Shown here: one piece after another, positions 45,801 through 60,209 of the stretch
How positions within the stretch are numbered: position 1 is the stretch's first letter
How the letters are laid out: each line of letters opens with the position of its first letter
Source of the DNA: Paraspadella gotoi
Lineage: Eukaryota; Animalia; Chaetognatha
Reading direction: 5' to 3'
Assembly: GCA_051294375.1 (NCBI GenBank)
Contig: JBJCIZ010000028.1
Span: 868,437-932,436, forward strand
Length of the DNA stretch: 64,000 bases
The notes under the pieces: generated by a model
Databases searched by the model: none
What the model was told of the DNA's origin: nothing
What the model saw: only the letters and a program-made list of their open reading frames with translations
Position numbers and translations under genes: made by a program

Positions 45801-48800
45801 GGGAAATCGGGAATCACACGAGAGGTGATTATGGAAATTTTAGAGTTTAATCTCATTTGCATATCGTAGTGTATGAATTGAATTTCGATAGATTGTTAAT
45901 CTCATGTTCGCCGATTATTGATGTTGTTCCATAACTTAATACTTAATAGTTAATAGTACTTAATAGTTCAAAGCCGCGTTATCTCAGGCCAAGAATGAAC
46001 GAGAGCGAAAATTTATAACAGATTTATAAGCTGGAAAAACCTTGCCAAAGAAAACATCGTAGAGAAAGAGACGCGTTATTAAAACGGACGAAAACTTTCG
46101 GACGAGCTCTGAAATGTAATCGTTAATAAAAACATTTAATGATTTATCGCTACCAATCCATTCCCATTTCTCAGCGCCCCGCCTCCTACTTCAACTACTT
46201 GAGCAAAGACATCGACGTCGGACTTGAAAAGAACAAACTTCGCAAAACCAGCAGCCGCGAGTTGCTCTTCGAATCCGACGCCGCCTCCGACGAAAACTAC
46301 GTCCGCCGAACCGTCGAAGAAACTCGTAAGAGTCTCGAAGATCTCACCGGCGCCGCTTCGGGCGCCGCCTCCGCCGCGGCGACGGCCGCGTCGTCTTCGT
46401 CGACGCCGTCGACTCCGGACTGGAAGACCAAATCGTACGACGACCTCCTGCGGCAGAAGCAGCAGCAGCAAGAGCAGCAGCGGCATCGGCGAAGATCGAA
46501 GCGAGAGGGCGAGAAGTCGTCGCCATCGTCGTCGTCGTTTCGGCGGGAGGCGCCGCTTCCTCCAGGATGGACGAAGGAGTTCGATTCGAAGGCGGAGAGA
46601 GACGTCTTCTTGTTTCGTCACGAGGTTTGAGGGGAAGATGATGATGATGATGATGATAAATGATGATGTTGAATGTTGTATAGTGTTGTGACAAGTTAAT
46701 GTTGTAGTAATGTTAAGTGTTGGTCCTATAGAATTTTAAATACTAATGTTGTAGCGATTTTAAATGTTAATGTATTCTTAAAGTTTGACTTTGAAATTCA
46801 TAATTTACATAATTTTAACATTTTTGTTTGTTTTATTATTGTTACTTTCTGTACAATGTACATCCAAAAAGGAGACCGTCCACCGATGGATGTGCGAACG
46901 CGACGCTTCGGGTCGACCCTACTACTTCTCGGCCGACGGTTCCGTCTCTCGATGGCGCCTCCCGTCGAACCCGTCGGCCGAGGACGAGTCTCGCTCGGCC
47001 GACAAATCGGCGGACGTCGGGAGCGAAGACGAGCGGAGTCACGGGTCCAGCTGCTCTTTGGACAACGACCTCGGAGCCGACGTCTCCCTCTGCTCATCCG
47101 GCGACGGCGTCGACGATAACCGGCGTCGTCGACGCGACTCTTCCGGCGACAACGTCAGTCGCGACGAGGTTTCGCCGCTGGAGCATCTCAAGCCGGAAGT
47201 GGGTCTCTTGGGGGGATGGTGTTTGGCCGGGGGAGTAGGGTGAGGTTTTTTAAAATAATATTTATATTATTTATTAGACCTGTATTTGTAAATGTGAATT
47301 TTTCAAATTCAATATGTTCAAGACGGGGAAGCATTTTCTGATATCTCTTAAGTCTTAGCTTTATAGTTTCGTTTAAATTTTTCGTTTAATGTTAAGGCTA
47401 ATTTTAAACTTCCAAGCAAACGGTTGGGGCAATAACCTAAAAGTTTTGATAAAATGAGCGATTACGCTTTTGATCCCATCTTATCGAGTTACTTTTTATA
47501 TTATATTTATTGTAAGAAAGTAGAATCTCATACATGATGATTTTTAGTAATTTCTGCAATATGCAAATGTCATTAAATACCGTTTCTCGATTTCTGCATA
47601 GGATTATTTATTTTATTAACTAAACTCATTTTATTTGTTTATTTATGAAAAAGAGTAGGCTTCCAAATCAAGTTCCTTTCAATCTCAAACTCCTCAGGTA
47701 CTGAAAAAGGGTTGGCTCAACTACACCAAATACCAGTACGGTCAGAAGCGGCTCAACAAGAACTGGACGAAAGCCTTCGTGCTTCTCATCGGCAACTGGT
47801 TGACCTTCTACTCCAGCGAGAAGAAGACAAAGGTTAGCGGTCGTCGTTGAGATTTGTTAAGATTTGTTAAGTCAGAATGATAGTCTATTTAGTCAAAACC
47901 GTGTCATTATGTTATGTCATAATGTTATTTTTGTTGCGAATATTTTAGCAACGATCATGTATTTCGCTCACATGCAGAAAATTATTTTTAGTTTTACCAT
48001 TTTTCAATTTTTGACTTTAATATTTGATTGTAAGCAGATCGTTTGTCTAGTAGCTATTGTAGACGCGTTTAAGTTAATTCTACCAAATTTTGGATAGAAC
48101 TCCCCTGAAAATAATACTGCAATTTATCGCCTTCAGGCGCAGAAGAACCATCCCTTTGGCAAACCCGAGTTTCGCGTCGACCTCAACGGCGGCAGCATCG
48201 ACGACGGCGCCGAGAAAACGAAGAAGAAAAACGTCATTCTCATCACCGCCTTCACGCCTGGTAAGAAGTACGGCGCTTGTTCAGTCAGGGGCCTGGTATG
48301 TGCGGCGCCTTTGTAGGTGTGTACCGTTTTCACGAAGAAATAACTACAACTGATCAACGCCCCCCCCCACCATTTTCATCTCAGGGTCGGAGATTCAACT
48401 CCTGTTGCAGTCGGATCAGGCGGCGGTTATTGAAGACTGGAAGGCCGATCTTCAAACAACCGTCACCGTCTGTCAAGAAGAGCAGGTTTGTGGAGATGAA
48501 TAAATATTAAATAAACAAATAAATTGCGGCGATTATTATTCTTCTCTCTCCCAGGATTCTTTGGGTCGTCTGGCTCCTCGCTCCCCGTCTTCCCTCACCC
48601 CCTCACCCAGTGGCCAAAAGTCTTTCTTGGGCGGATCCGAAGATTCGCTTGGTGAGTTCACAATTCGTCGGTGAATGAATTAATATCGTCTCTCAGCAAC
48701 GCGACCTTTAATTGAAAATTTTCTTCGTAGTCGATGATTGATTATTAATAACTTGTTTATATCGTTGACTTATATGTATTTAATCACGAATTGATTGTGG

Positions 48801-50299
48801 CGGAGTAATTCAATGAGATTGAGCCTCATAAGCTCATTTTCATATCGTAGTATTTACAATAATTCCAGATACGTTTTGATTCGGCTTTCTTAGAAGGTTT
48901 ATTTAACAATTTTACCTACGCTTTTCATAAGTTTCAATAATGATTTAATTTTCCAAATAATGTTTATATATTTCATATTAGTATTGTAGCTTGACAAATT
49001 ACTTTTGTTTCCTCATCCCACTCAGCCTCGGCCGAAACGCCCACCTCTCGTCGTTCCTTCTTCTCTCGGTCTTGGCTCGAAAACTGGTTCCGTCGTCGCC
49101 CCTCCTTCGACGTCGTCAAGGAGAAAGGTGGATTGGGTGGGGGGGGGCTTTTTATTGGAGTTTAAGGGGAGAGCGGGATGTGGTATTGACTTGAAATGTA
49201 AATAGGAAATAAGTAATGGAAATGAAAAAGAAAAATAAAACGCAAAGCGAAAGAGTTTATATTTTTGTTTTGCGATGCTCAGTCTTAAATTACTAACTTG
49301 AAATAGAAAAAAAAAACAACCTTATTGACATAATTACGAAGATATCCTCGTCATTTCTATTTATTTTATTTTATTTAATCATTATTTCTTCAGGTTTGAT
49401 CAAATCTCGACTCGTATTCGGCGCGAGCATCGAGGAATTGGCGGAGAGAGAGAAGAACTCTGTCCCGGTGAGAGCGTCGTCGTCGTTGTTGTTGTTGTTT
49501 GCCGGAGTTGTTGTGGAACTTATTGAATGCACGTCGAGTCGTCTATACCGAACGGCCTCTTTCCGTTTACTGCCTCTTAAAGACTGGCGACAATAATTTC
49601 GCGTGATCTGTATAAAAGAAAATGGGTTTAATATTAATTAAGGTAAAAAATAAACATTTAAATTAATTAGGATTTGAACTAATGCTTCATTAAAAAAGTT
49701 ACAAAGGGCAGTTTAAGTGATCCCTCGATAAATCAAACATTGTCATCTCTTATATGAAATTAGTAATTTTATTCTTGTTTCCTCTTAACGACGCAGTCTT
49801 TCGTCAGCCGCTGCATCGCGGCTCTGGAGCGGCGCGGCGCCCTCGGCGTCGACGGCGTCTTCCGCATCAACGGAAACAACGCCGAGATCCACAAACTCCG
49901 CTTCCTCGTGGACGAAGGCGACGCCGCCTACGATCTGCTCGACCCCAAGTGGGACGTCCACACGCTCACAGGATCTCTCAAGCTCTTTTTCAGGTCGGTG
50001 GAGGGGAATCAAGGGATAAATTGATCTATTGTTGTATCGTATTATTGATTTTTGTTCATTTTGTTTTGTTAATTATGATTATTCTCTCTCTCCCCTCTCA
50101 CTCTCTCTCTCCCCCTCCCCCACAGGGAATTGCAAAAGCCTCTGATCCCCTGGGAGTGTTTCGAGTCAGCGCTGGAGGTTCTTCGTCGTCAAGGCGACTC
50201 CGACCGCAAAAGTCAAAAGCTTTGAAATCCATTTTCGAAAAGTAAGAGTCTCTTGATTTGGTTTCCTCGCCGTAAGTCTTCTAACGGTTTCGCTCTCTC

Positions 50300-50361
<62 letters not shown>

Positions 50362-50404
50362 TTTCTCTTCTCTCTCTCTCTCTCTCTCTTCTCTCTGTCT
50401 CTCT

Positions 50405-50438
<34 letters not shown>

Positions 50439-50739
50439 TTCTCTCTTTCTCTTTTTCTCTCTCTCTCTCTTTCCCTCCAGGAGCATGCCCTCCGCCTCTC
50501 GTGCCACCCTCGTCGCCCTCTGTCGCCACTTGGACAAAGTGGTGGCGCTCAAGTCGGAGAACCGCATGCAAGCGTCGAACCTGGCCATCTGCTTCGGCCC
50601 TACACTCATTTGGCCGCCTGACACGGGCGGCTCCGCCGGCGGCGGCGGCGGCGCCTCCATCGCCATCAACATGATGTATCAGTCGCAGATCGTCGAGTTT
50701 CTTCTTCTCAACTGCGATCAAGTTTTCGGCAAAGAGTGA
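42856..50739 (+). CDS. SH3-WW-WW-PH-RhoGAP protein (ARHGAP9/12/15/27 family)
   Basis: Exons 42856-43134, 44529-45824, 46175-46624, 46872-47198, 47698-47832, 48137-48260, 48385-48485, 48555-48651, 49026-49127, 49394-49467, 49797-49993, 50126-50241, 50481-50739. SH3 VRVLYDYEY..DVWWRV..FYVPANYVEE; WW PLPPGWTKEFD and WMCERDASGRPYYF..SRWRLP; PH VLKKGWLNY..KNWTK; GAP VFGASIEEL..GVFRINGN..DVHTLTGSLKLFFREL..NRMQASNLAICFGPTL. Confidence 0.93.
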
Positions 50740-50929
50740 CATTTGACGAGCGACTCGGGGAATTTAAGGGAAGACTTGAAAAAAAAAAAAAACAAAAAAA
50801 CAAAAGACTCCGTATTATCTCTTCTTAGTTGCCGGTCAACTGAATTCCTTTTCAGTTCGCGACATAAAAAAAAAAAGCCTGGATAGTTTTAACTCTCTCT
50901 TTCTCGCGCGCGCGTAGGCGAGGTTTTTA

Positions 50930-51205
50930 TCTCGACGTTGATGGCGTTGCATTGGCGTCGACTATGGCGTTGGCGTTGACGTTGGCTTTGATAATAATCT
51001 CGTCATTGACCATATTTTTAATGTGGATGATATTGTTGGCAGTGACAATAACATTGGCTTTGATAATATTACTACCCTTGACTAGATTGTTGGCTTTGAT
51101 AATAACGTGGGCTTTGATAACGCTGTCAAGTACACTGTTTGCATCGAAAATATTGTTGTCGTTGATAACATCGTTGTTGACTCTAATGTTTGCGTCGACG
51201 TCGGC
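50930..51205. repeat. Degenerate ~18-bp-period minisatellite (ttggctttgataata...) downstream of the RhoGAP stop
   Basis: ggctttgataa recurs at ~50984, 51056, 51092 and 51109, embedded in ttg/ttggcg repeats. Confidence 0.6.
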
Positions 51206-51261
51206 GTCCATCGGCCGTCGATCGAGAAACTCGCCTGCGCAGAAAATTCGCTAATCAAGAT

Positions 51262-51421
51262 TTGGGTTACTTTTCCTTTCGCCAACCGGGGTTAGGGATA
51301 AGGGTGGTAATTAGGTATTTAGGTAATTTTTTAAAAAATTTTTGTTAAAAATAAATATTTTTAAATGTTTTTTTTTAAAAGCCGCCATAACCGCGGTCGG
51401 CGAATGTAAAATTTAGCCCAA
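51262..51421. mobile_element. MITE-like element with ~30-bp imperfect TIRs and internal ttaggg/ttagg repeats
   Basis: ttgggttacttttcctttcgccaaccggggtta ... taaccgcggtcggcgaatgtaaaatttagcccaa. Confidence 0.7.
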
Positions 51422-52690
51422 TATTTTTTTGGGTGACGAAGACTATCGTGTTTCTTCGGACGGAAAATACGATGACCTTTAATCGCATTAAAAGACTCGA
51501 TCATTGAAGAGAAAATTGTGGCGGAGAGGGTGAATGGTAATCGTGATATCTCTCTCTCTCTCTCTCCCTCCCATTTTGCCCTCCGCCCTTTCTTTAATCC
51601 AGATTTAAATACAAAGACTCAATTCCTTCCGCATTCGATGCTACCGTTTTTTTCCAATGTAGGGGATGGAAAAAAAAAACCACCCTCCCCTCTCCCTCTC
51701 CCCCCCTCTCCCTCTCCCCCCCCTCTCCCACTCCCCCCTAACGATTACTTCACTCACCTCCCCCCCCTCGGTTCCTCTTCCCTTCACTTTTGCTTCGCTT
51801 GACTCCGCTTCATTTTTTTTTCCCCTTTTTAATCGGACGCAAATCAAACGCAATTCTGTAGGCGCCTTCGTGTAATAAAAATAATTAATTAATTAATTAA
51901 TAATTAATTGATTAATCATTGATTAAATGATTAATCATTCGCGAACGGGTGACAACAATATCAACCAAATCTTACGAATTATTATTCACTTCTTCTCTTT
52001 CTTCTCTCTCTCTCTCTTTTTAAATCAAACGTCGACTAAATGTACTAATTTAAACATTTTCTTTCTCTCTCTCTCTTTTTCTTTGATCTTCATGATAGCT
52101 ATATCAATTTTTTTTTGTTGGTCGCTTTTCGTTACCTTGTTTTTGCTGATTTATTACGGTTGTACTTTTTCGATAAATTAGAGATTCAACATTAATATCG
52201 TATTTACTAAAACTTGGATTTAAAACAAAGAAAAAAAAAACAACTGCCTTCCGTTATTTCTTTTTTGGCGATAATTAGACCGTACTTATTTTTTTATGTT
52301 TTTATTTTATATTTTCGGACAGCGAGCGATTTAGTTTTTATGTGTGGGTGATTGGTGACATTGTTTTATTTTTTTTTCTTTATTAAATATCCCCCGTTTT
52401 ATCGTTTTCGTTGGTTAAAGATATAAACCTTACACCTTCACTAGTCACAGTTAATAAAATTAAAAACAAACTTGGACAAAAAAAAATACAGGAAACCATA
52501 ATTGCCTTCTCGTTTTGTAAACGGATTCCTCATTATTCCCATTTATTTTTCTCTCTCGCTAACGACTTTGTATTATTGTCTCAATGTTACTTAAAAAAAA
52601 ACAAAACAAAACAAAAATGTTCCTTTTAATTTCTCAGGGAATCATTGTCTTTCGAAAGGAGAATGACAGATGACAGATTTTAAAAAATAA

Positions 52691-53874
<1,184 letters not shown>

Positions 53875-54329
53875 CGTATTTTTTTTTTAAACCATCGCAT
53901 CGTTTTTGAAAAGTCGAAAACGACTTTCTTTTTTTGAAATTTGAAAGTAGTATCAATTGGAATTACAGCAAGAGATCAGATTTACGGCAATCTGCGATGA
54001 AAATATATAAAGTATCGTTTTGGTTAAAATGAAAATGAAAAGTTGTGGCAACGGTGGGATCGCCACTAAATTTTAAAAAAAGGTTTTGAAATGGACGTAG
54101 CACAACGTCTTGACACGAAGAATTTTGAACCCGTACAAAAAGAACCCGAGCAAAAAGAAGTTATATCTGTGATACTTGTTGATAATTTCGTTTTAATACA
54201 TTCACTGTTTCAATTACTTGAAAGTTTTAACGATCTCCAACAAAGTATTTTTTTCTGAGGCTCACGGAAATATTGAGGTTTAAAGATGCGCAGCGGTAAA
54301 GGGTAGAACTTGTTATCGGCAGGAGCAGT

Positions 54330-54408
54330 CAAGCGGCAGTAACAGTTAGCGAGTTCCAGTTAGCGGCAGTAACAGTTAGCGACAGTAATAGTTAGCGACA
54401 GTGCCAGT
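54330..54408 (+). repeat. Short tandem array of agcg(g/a)cagtaa(c/t)agtt units
   Basis: agcggcagtaacagttagc is repeated ~4 times with variation. Confidence 0.75.
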
Positions 54409-54528
54409 TTACTTCGATCACTCTTCCCAGCGAGTTAAAGACGAAAAAAAAACAATGAGTAACGGAATCGTGTCGACGGAGATCGACATTCCGGCCGTGA
54501 CCACTTGAAATCTTCGGGTCGGTGAAAG

Positions 54529-57241
54529 ATGTCGTCGTCGTCGTCTCCCTCGTCGTCGTCGTCTTTCTCATCGTCGTCTCCGTCGCCGATGACGTCTTCG
54601 TTCTCGACCTTGTCCCAGTTGCAATTCAATGCCTCCTCCGTCTTCGACTACGATCTTCATTATCGCGGTAAATTCCTTGTTTTTTTAATCTCATTTGCAT
54701 GTTGCAGTAAAAAGTTTATTTTTTTTTGTCAAACATCGCTAGTCTTTTTTTTCTTCCGCGGAGATTCCTAGGAATGTATTTTTTTGGAAAACTTGAATCG
54801 GACGTAGATTGTTGCTTGAGATGATCGGGTTTCGCTTTTCATATTCGTGCGATTAATTGTTTTTATTGATTAATATTGGGACATAAGATTTCACTATACA
54901 TAATCATTGGTAAAGAGTAATCAGAAAATGTCCCTGGCGTTTCTCTGACAGTTAACTGTTAATTCTTTTCTTGGTATTAAAAATAATTAACAAAACCCAC
55001 TAATTTATGATACAACCTCAACAATGTTCTTCATTATCAGAGGAAGCTGGGTAGTTATTATAGTTATATTTTATAGTTATATTATCGCCGCAATATCTTA
55101 TAATCTTATTTGTATGTCGCAGTTAATGTATTATTTTATTTTTTTCTGTGGAAATTCTGAGGAATTGATTGAAAACTTGAATCGATTGTAGTTTGAGTTG
55201 ATCGGGTTTGGCTTTCCATATTAGTGCAATTAATTAGGGTTTTATCAATTAATGTCGGGACTTAAGATTTCACTATTCGTATTCGTAATCATTAAATTCG
55301 TAGTCCCGAGCTACTATTATATATTTCGCAGAATCTTGGAAGTAAATAATGTAAATGTTTGGATCTCTCTCTCTCTCACCATTGTCTCAGAAGTTCGTTC
55401 GTCGGCGCCGGAGGTAAGGGCCTCCTTTCTAACGAACTCACCCGACTTGGTCGTCCTGGGCGAGGGGCGTCGACGCACTGTTTCGACGGGGTTCGCTTCG
55501 CTGCGGACTTTGTCGGGAACGCTGCAGGTCGAGCTGGGGGGGGGGAAGGGGTCAATTTCGGGGTCGGGGAAGATCGATGGACGCATTATGTCACCCCCTT
55601 TTTTGTTGTTGTTATCACTCAAGACTCAATCGATCCGGCGTCCGGTCGTCATCGATTTCCGGCGAGACGCGAGTCGGCAAAATCGGAGACGAACACGCCC
55701 GCGCGTCGTCTGGTCGACCGAATCGAGGTTTTTCGTCATCGTGATGAAATCTTTTTTTATTGTGGAGGAATTTATGAAGGATGTTCTCTCTCTCCCTCTC
55801 GCCCTAAAGACTCTCCAATCTCCCGACGACCTGGTCGGCGCATCGGGAGCTCCTCTTTCGAACTCCTCGTCAACGGTTCATCTTCGCCGACAACGCGGAG
55901 GCGGAGAGGATTCGATGGGGCATCTTTCCTTTGGGAGACGACGACGTCGATTGGTAACGATAACATAAACAAACAAAAGAGCAACAAACAACACACGACC
56001 CATAAGAAACGCCAATCGAAGCGAACGACGGCAATAAACAACGATCAAACTTTAGGATCGTCTGCCTCCGTTCATCTGAGATTCATGGAGTTTATAAAAT
56101 TTCTCATAACCTTTTTATATTTGGTTTTCTTACTTTTACGTTTACTTTTATAGTATGTGCCTTCTGTGCCAAACAACACACGACAAAAAACAAAAAAAAC
56201 AATAATTAACACCATCAGCAGGAGACGTATCCAGCGGTATAGGGGTGTTCTTAGAGACTACTTAAAGTTCTCTCAAGAAGACAGAAATACTTTTTTCTCT
56301 ACTTTTATGTAAACTTGTGTAAACTTGTTTAAACTTTTAGGGGTACCTGGGAGATGACGGCTTCCTCCTCGGAGCCCGTCTGCTACGTGATTTGGATGGC
56401 GCCTCTCAACGTCACCTGTTGGCGCCTGATGAGTCGAGTTCCCGCGATCGCCGATGGGAAGTTTCCCTTCTTCTTCTCGCTGATTTGCATCAACGCCGTC
56501 GCGTTGGCGATGTGCGCGATGATGCAGCGAGAGAGGGCCTACTTGGGGATCGAGGTGGGCGAGAGAACTAGAGAGACTTTGGTCTTTGAATCCGAGTTCT
56601 CGTTTAGTTTTGAATGAACATTGTTGAGATAATTGGTTTGGAGATTATGGATTGCTGTGTAGCTTTTATTCGGTAAACGGGGGGGGAAATGTGATAAAAA
56701 GGGGGAAAGAATATTTGTGGATTAACGCCGAGTGGGCTGAAGACTATTGTGAAGAGTTCTATCTGTAACGGCTCCTGGGCCCGGAACAAGGTGGTTTTTC
56801 GGCCGTCCTCACGCTTGCCGCAGGGTAGGTTACCAATCGAATCGATTCCGGTACCTAGTGGTCATGAGCTGATTGTATTACTCCAATAGACTGAGTGAAC
56901 TCGGCGCAATGCCCGTCTACATATTATTCAATGGCGATAGTATACGGAACCCATTTCCTCTCCCTCCCTTTTTCCCGTTAACTTACCAGTTGTGGAAGCG
57001 CTACCTCTTTGCCGTCTACTTCGAGGATCACCATCTCACCGCCGTCGAGTCCCTCGTCTTCGCCGCCGCGGCGCGAAAGGCCTCGGCACTCCTCGGCGCA
57101 TCCGTCTCCGTTCGGTTGGCGGCGTCGTTGGCCGGGTTCTTCGCAATTTTGCTCTATCGATGCGTGACCGTCCGACAACGCGGAGTCTCCAGCGTCGTCT
57201 TCGATCTCGGGGATTGGTTCTACTTGGAGTTGACGTATTGA
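54529..57241 (+). CDS. Uncharacterised protein with C-terminal hydrophobic (probable TM) segments
   Basis: Phase-consistent model 54529-54667, 55391-55527, 55624-55727, 55810-55953, 56341-56554, 56990-57241, with exon-like composition. Hydrophobic FPFFFSLICINAVALAMCAMM and LAASLAGFFAILLY. No family recognised. Confidence 0.6.
54758..55292 (+). repeat. Imperfect ~140-bp direct repeat within one intron (54758-54908 vs 55150-55292)
   Basis: gaaaacttgaatcg..gatcgggttt.gcttt.catatt.gtgc.attaatt..gggac.taagatttcactat occurs in both. Confidence 0.8.
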
Positions 57242-57530
57242 CGCGCTCGGGAGATCTTATTGTCGTGGGATCGCTCGAATCATTTTTAGTACTTGCTGAG
57301 TCAGTATGTATGAAACGTTTTCGAAGATTAAGACTCGTCCTCTCATTGTTTGTAAGAAAAAAAATATCGACGAAGGAGTAAGTTGAACTTTTTGACAAAT
57401 GCCCGTCGGTCAATGCCCATTTATTCACCGCGTCTGTTGTCTGAATTTTTTTTATATTTTTACGATTATTTCTCGAACGCGAGAGAGTTGGTAGGGTTCA
57501 GATCGACGGGGAGAAAATAGAAAACAAAAA

Positions 57531-59765
57531 ATGAAAATCGTCGAGTTTCGTATCCCGATGCCGATGACGCTGGAGGAATACAGGATCGGGCAATTATTCA
57601 CCACCACAGGTCGCGGGGTTTTATTGAGAGAATGTTGAGAAATTAACCCGAAGAATTCCTGGGGACTAAACGGGGGGAGTAAACAGTAAAACGAAAGCTG
57701 TAACCGTTAAATGATCCAAATGTACAAATCCTCGTCCCAGAAATGAGCAAGAACGAGACGGGCGGCGGTGACGGGGTCTCTGTTCTCGAGGACCGACCCT
57801 TTAACGACTTCCCACTCAACCTCGGCTATAACTCTGGTCACTACACCATGAAAAAATACTTTATGAAGAAAAAGGCCAACGCTTTCATTCAGGCCCTCGC
57901 GCCAAAGGTTATGCGCGAAAGTCTTTGGTTCCGGTTTGGAGTGGTTTTTTTTTTTTTTTTTTGATCCATGGGTTTTTGGGTAACTGTTGCTTTGACACAT
58001 GAGTAAATTGATATTGTGGGAGTATCAACATGACCATTTTGAGAATTTCCTGGCTTTACGTTATCTAGGGGTCCTTGGAGTTCGAAGAAGAGTCTTGGAA
58101 CGCCTACCCTTATTGCAAGACAATCGTTACCAATCCCGCCTACATGAAGGTTCCCTTTCCTTAGCGAGAGACGTTGGAACGTTGAGAACTGTTTAAATTC
58201 TTTGTTTCGCTACAGGACGCGTTCGGCATGACCATAGAAACGATGCATGCCCAGGATGGAGGTTCAGAAATTTTCTCATGATAGGATGTCTAAAACCTTA
58301 AGTCTGACTGAAAGTATCCATGGCAGGAACTCAAGAGAACATCCTCCACCTCTCTGCGGCCGAGCTTCGGGAACGCAAAGTCGTTTTCGTAGACATTCTC
58401 GACAAAACTATAACGAGCGACGCGGATGACCCCGACATCGCCACCTTCCAGGTTGGAAAGGGTGTTGGAGTGGTGTTGAAGAGGCCGTGGGTTATCGACT
58501 TTGGCAGGGTCTTCATTAGTTGGAATCAATGGCAACTTGATCCTAGTTTTGTTTCGCCATCATTTTTTTAAAAAATTACGTTAAGATCTTCTGATTTTTC
58601 ATCCTCCCAAACTTCATAAAGACCCAGACCCTACCACACAATCGGGGCCCTTTACAGCCTGGGTGGAATCTCTCGGAATCTGTCGACCAACTCCTCGCGA
58701 TCACCGACTCCCTGTCCGACTTCGACTTGAATGTCGACATGGAATCACTCAACGAATCCAACGCGCCCCCGACAGATTCCGACGCTCAACCCAACGGCGA
58801 TCAAGAGTCGCCTAATTACAGGAAGCCCATGCCGATCATGTGTTGTTACAAGGTATCGCGGCGGCGGCGTTTTTGATCCACAGTCTTTATTCTCTTTTCT
58901 AGACGACACCTGCATTTCGCTTTATCGGTTATCCTTTTTAATATTTTTGACTTTTTACCAAAGTCGGTTTTAGGATGCACGTTTTATAATATATCTGTAA
59001 TTTAGTTATAAATTACACATGGGAATTATTATTATTATTATATTATTATTAACTTTTCTTATTGTTATTGTTCATAATTATCATATTATATTATCATATC
59101 ATATTCATAATATATAGTCAAATTTATTAATTTTTATATTTATACCGAATTGTCAATGCTGATGAAGACTCGTAAATCTCAGAGTCGAAACATGACCGTT
59201 CATTAATACATTAAAATCCAATTTAAACTTTTCACTAAATACATTTATTTTAAAATTGATTAAAATTTTTAAATTTGAAATTTTAAAATAAAGTCTAATT
59301 TAGTAAAACAAGTAATCTTGAAATTTTTCATATATATATGTATATATATATATATATGTATATATTATATTATCATACCATATTCATATTATCAATATGA
59401 TATTTGATTCCGTTTAAAAAGCTCGTCCGCCTCCATTTCAAATTCGTGGGAATTCAAGAAGTCGTCGAAAAGATGCTCCTCAAGAATCAAAAACTCCTCA
59501 TGGGTAAAACAATAACTAGTTTTAGTCTTAAAATGTAATATAAAACTACACAATTATAATGTTAATTTCGTCTTTGTTCCAACCAAAACCATTTCCTCGC
59601 CCGAAAAAAAAAGCCAAGTTCAATAAGAAAGTTTTCCTTTGGATGGACAGATGGTTCCATCTCAGCATAGACAAAATTCGGGAGATGGAGCGAGATGCCA
59701 AGGATGAACTGGAGCGGCAAAGGCGGGAAGGGGAGTTACGGGGTGGCGGCATGGAGGAAAAGTAG
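57531..59765 (+). CDS. Class I phosphatidylinositol transfer protein (PITPalpha/beta, giotto-like)
   Basis: Exons 57531-57609, 57741-57907, 58069-58149, 58216-58261, 58327-58451, 58622-58852, 59422-59503, 59614-59765. [75 protein letters not shown]. Confidence 0.93.
59155..59204 (+). ncRNA. Minimal type I hammerhead ribozyme-like motif (Penelope/retrozyme style)
   Basis: aatg-CTGATGA-a-gactc(gtaaatctca)gagtc-GAAAC-atgacc-GTT-catt: conserved core boxes, 5-bp stem II, short stems I and III. Confidence 0.6.
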
Positions 59766-60209
59766 CCGGAGCTGGAAAAAGAAAACCGACTTTGTGGGCG
59801 GTGTGAAACGAGGCGAAATATATTTTGAGGGTAGGAAAAACCATGGAGAAATGAGGGGGAATCTCGATCTTAAAGTTATAATTTTACTAGTCATTTTTTG
59901 TTACAGCCGCGACACCGATAACATTATTTATGCCTTTAAACAATTATTTACATCACTCTTGACTATTTTTTTAAAAAAATGGCTGATTTCCAATTTTTAC
60001 CAGATTTTCAATGTTTTTTTTTCTTTTTTTAGATGCAAGGCCACGGATTAGAATATTTACGGATTCTTTTAAAGTTTGGCTGTTAAATTCGTTGTAGACT
60101 CGAAAACTCGATAGCAAAAACTTGAAAAAAAACAACAAAAACGTTATTCCAGTTGTTACACATCAGTTTTTGATTAAACTAGTCAATATCCGTCCGTCAG
60201 CCCGACATC

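Noticed and set aside
54455-54508. 17-aa uORF upstream of the orphan gene
   Set aside because: It cannot be distinguished from a true N-terminus broken by an indel, or from chance.
58853-58865. gtatcg donor as a U12-type intron
   Set aside because: It lacks the GTATCCTT consensus and a clear TCCTTAAC branch site.
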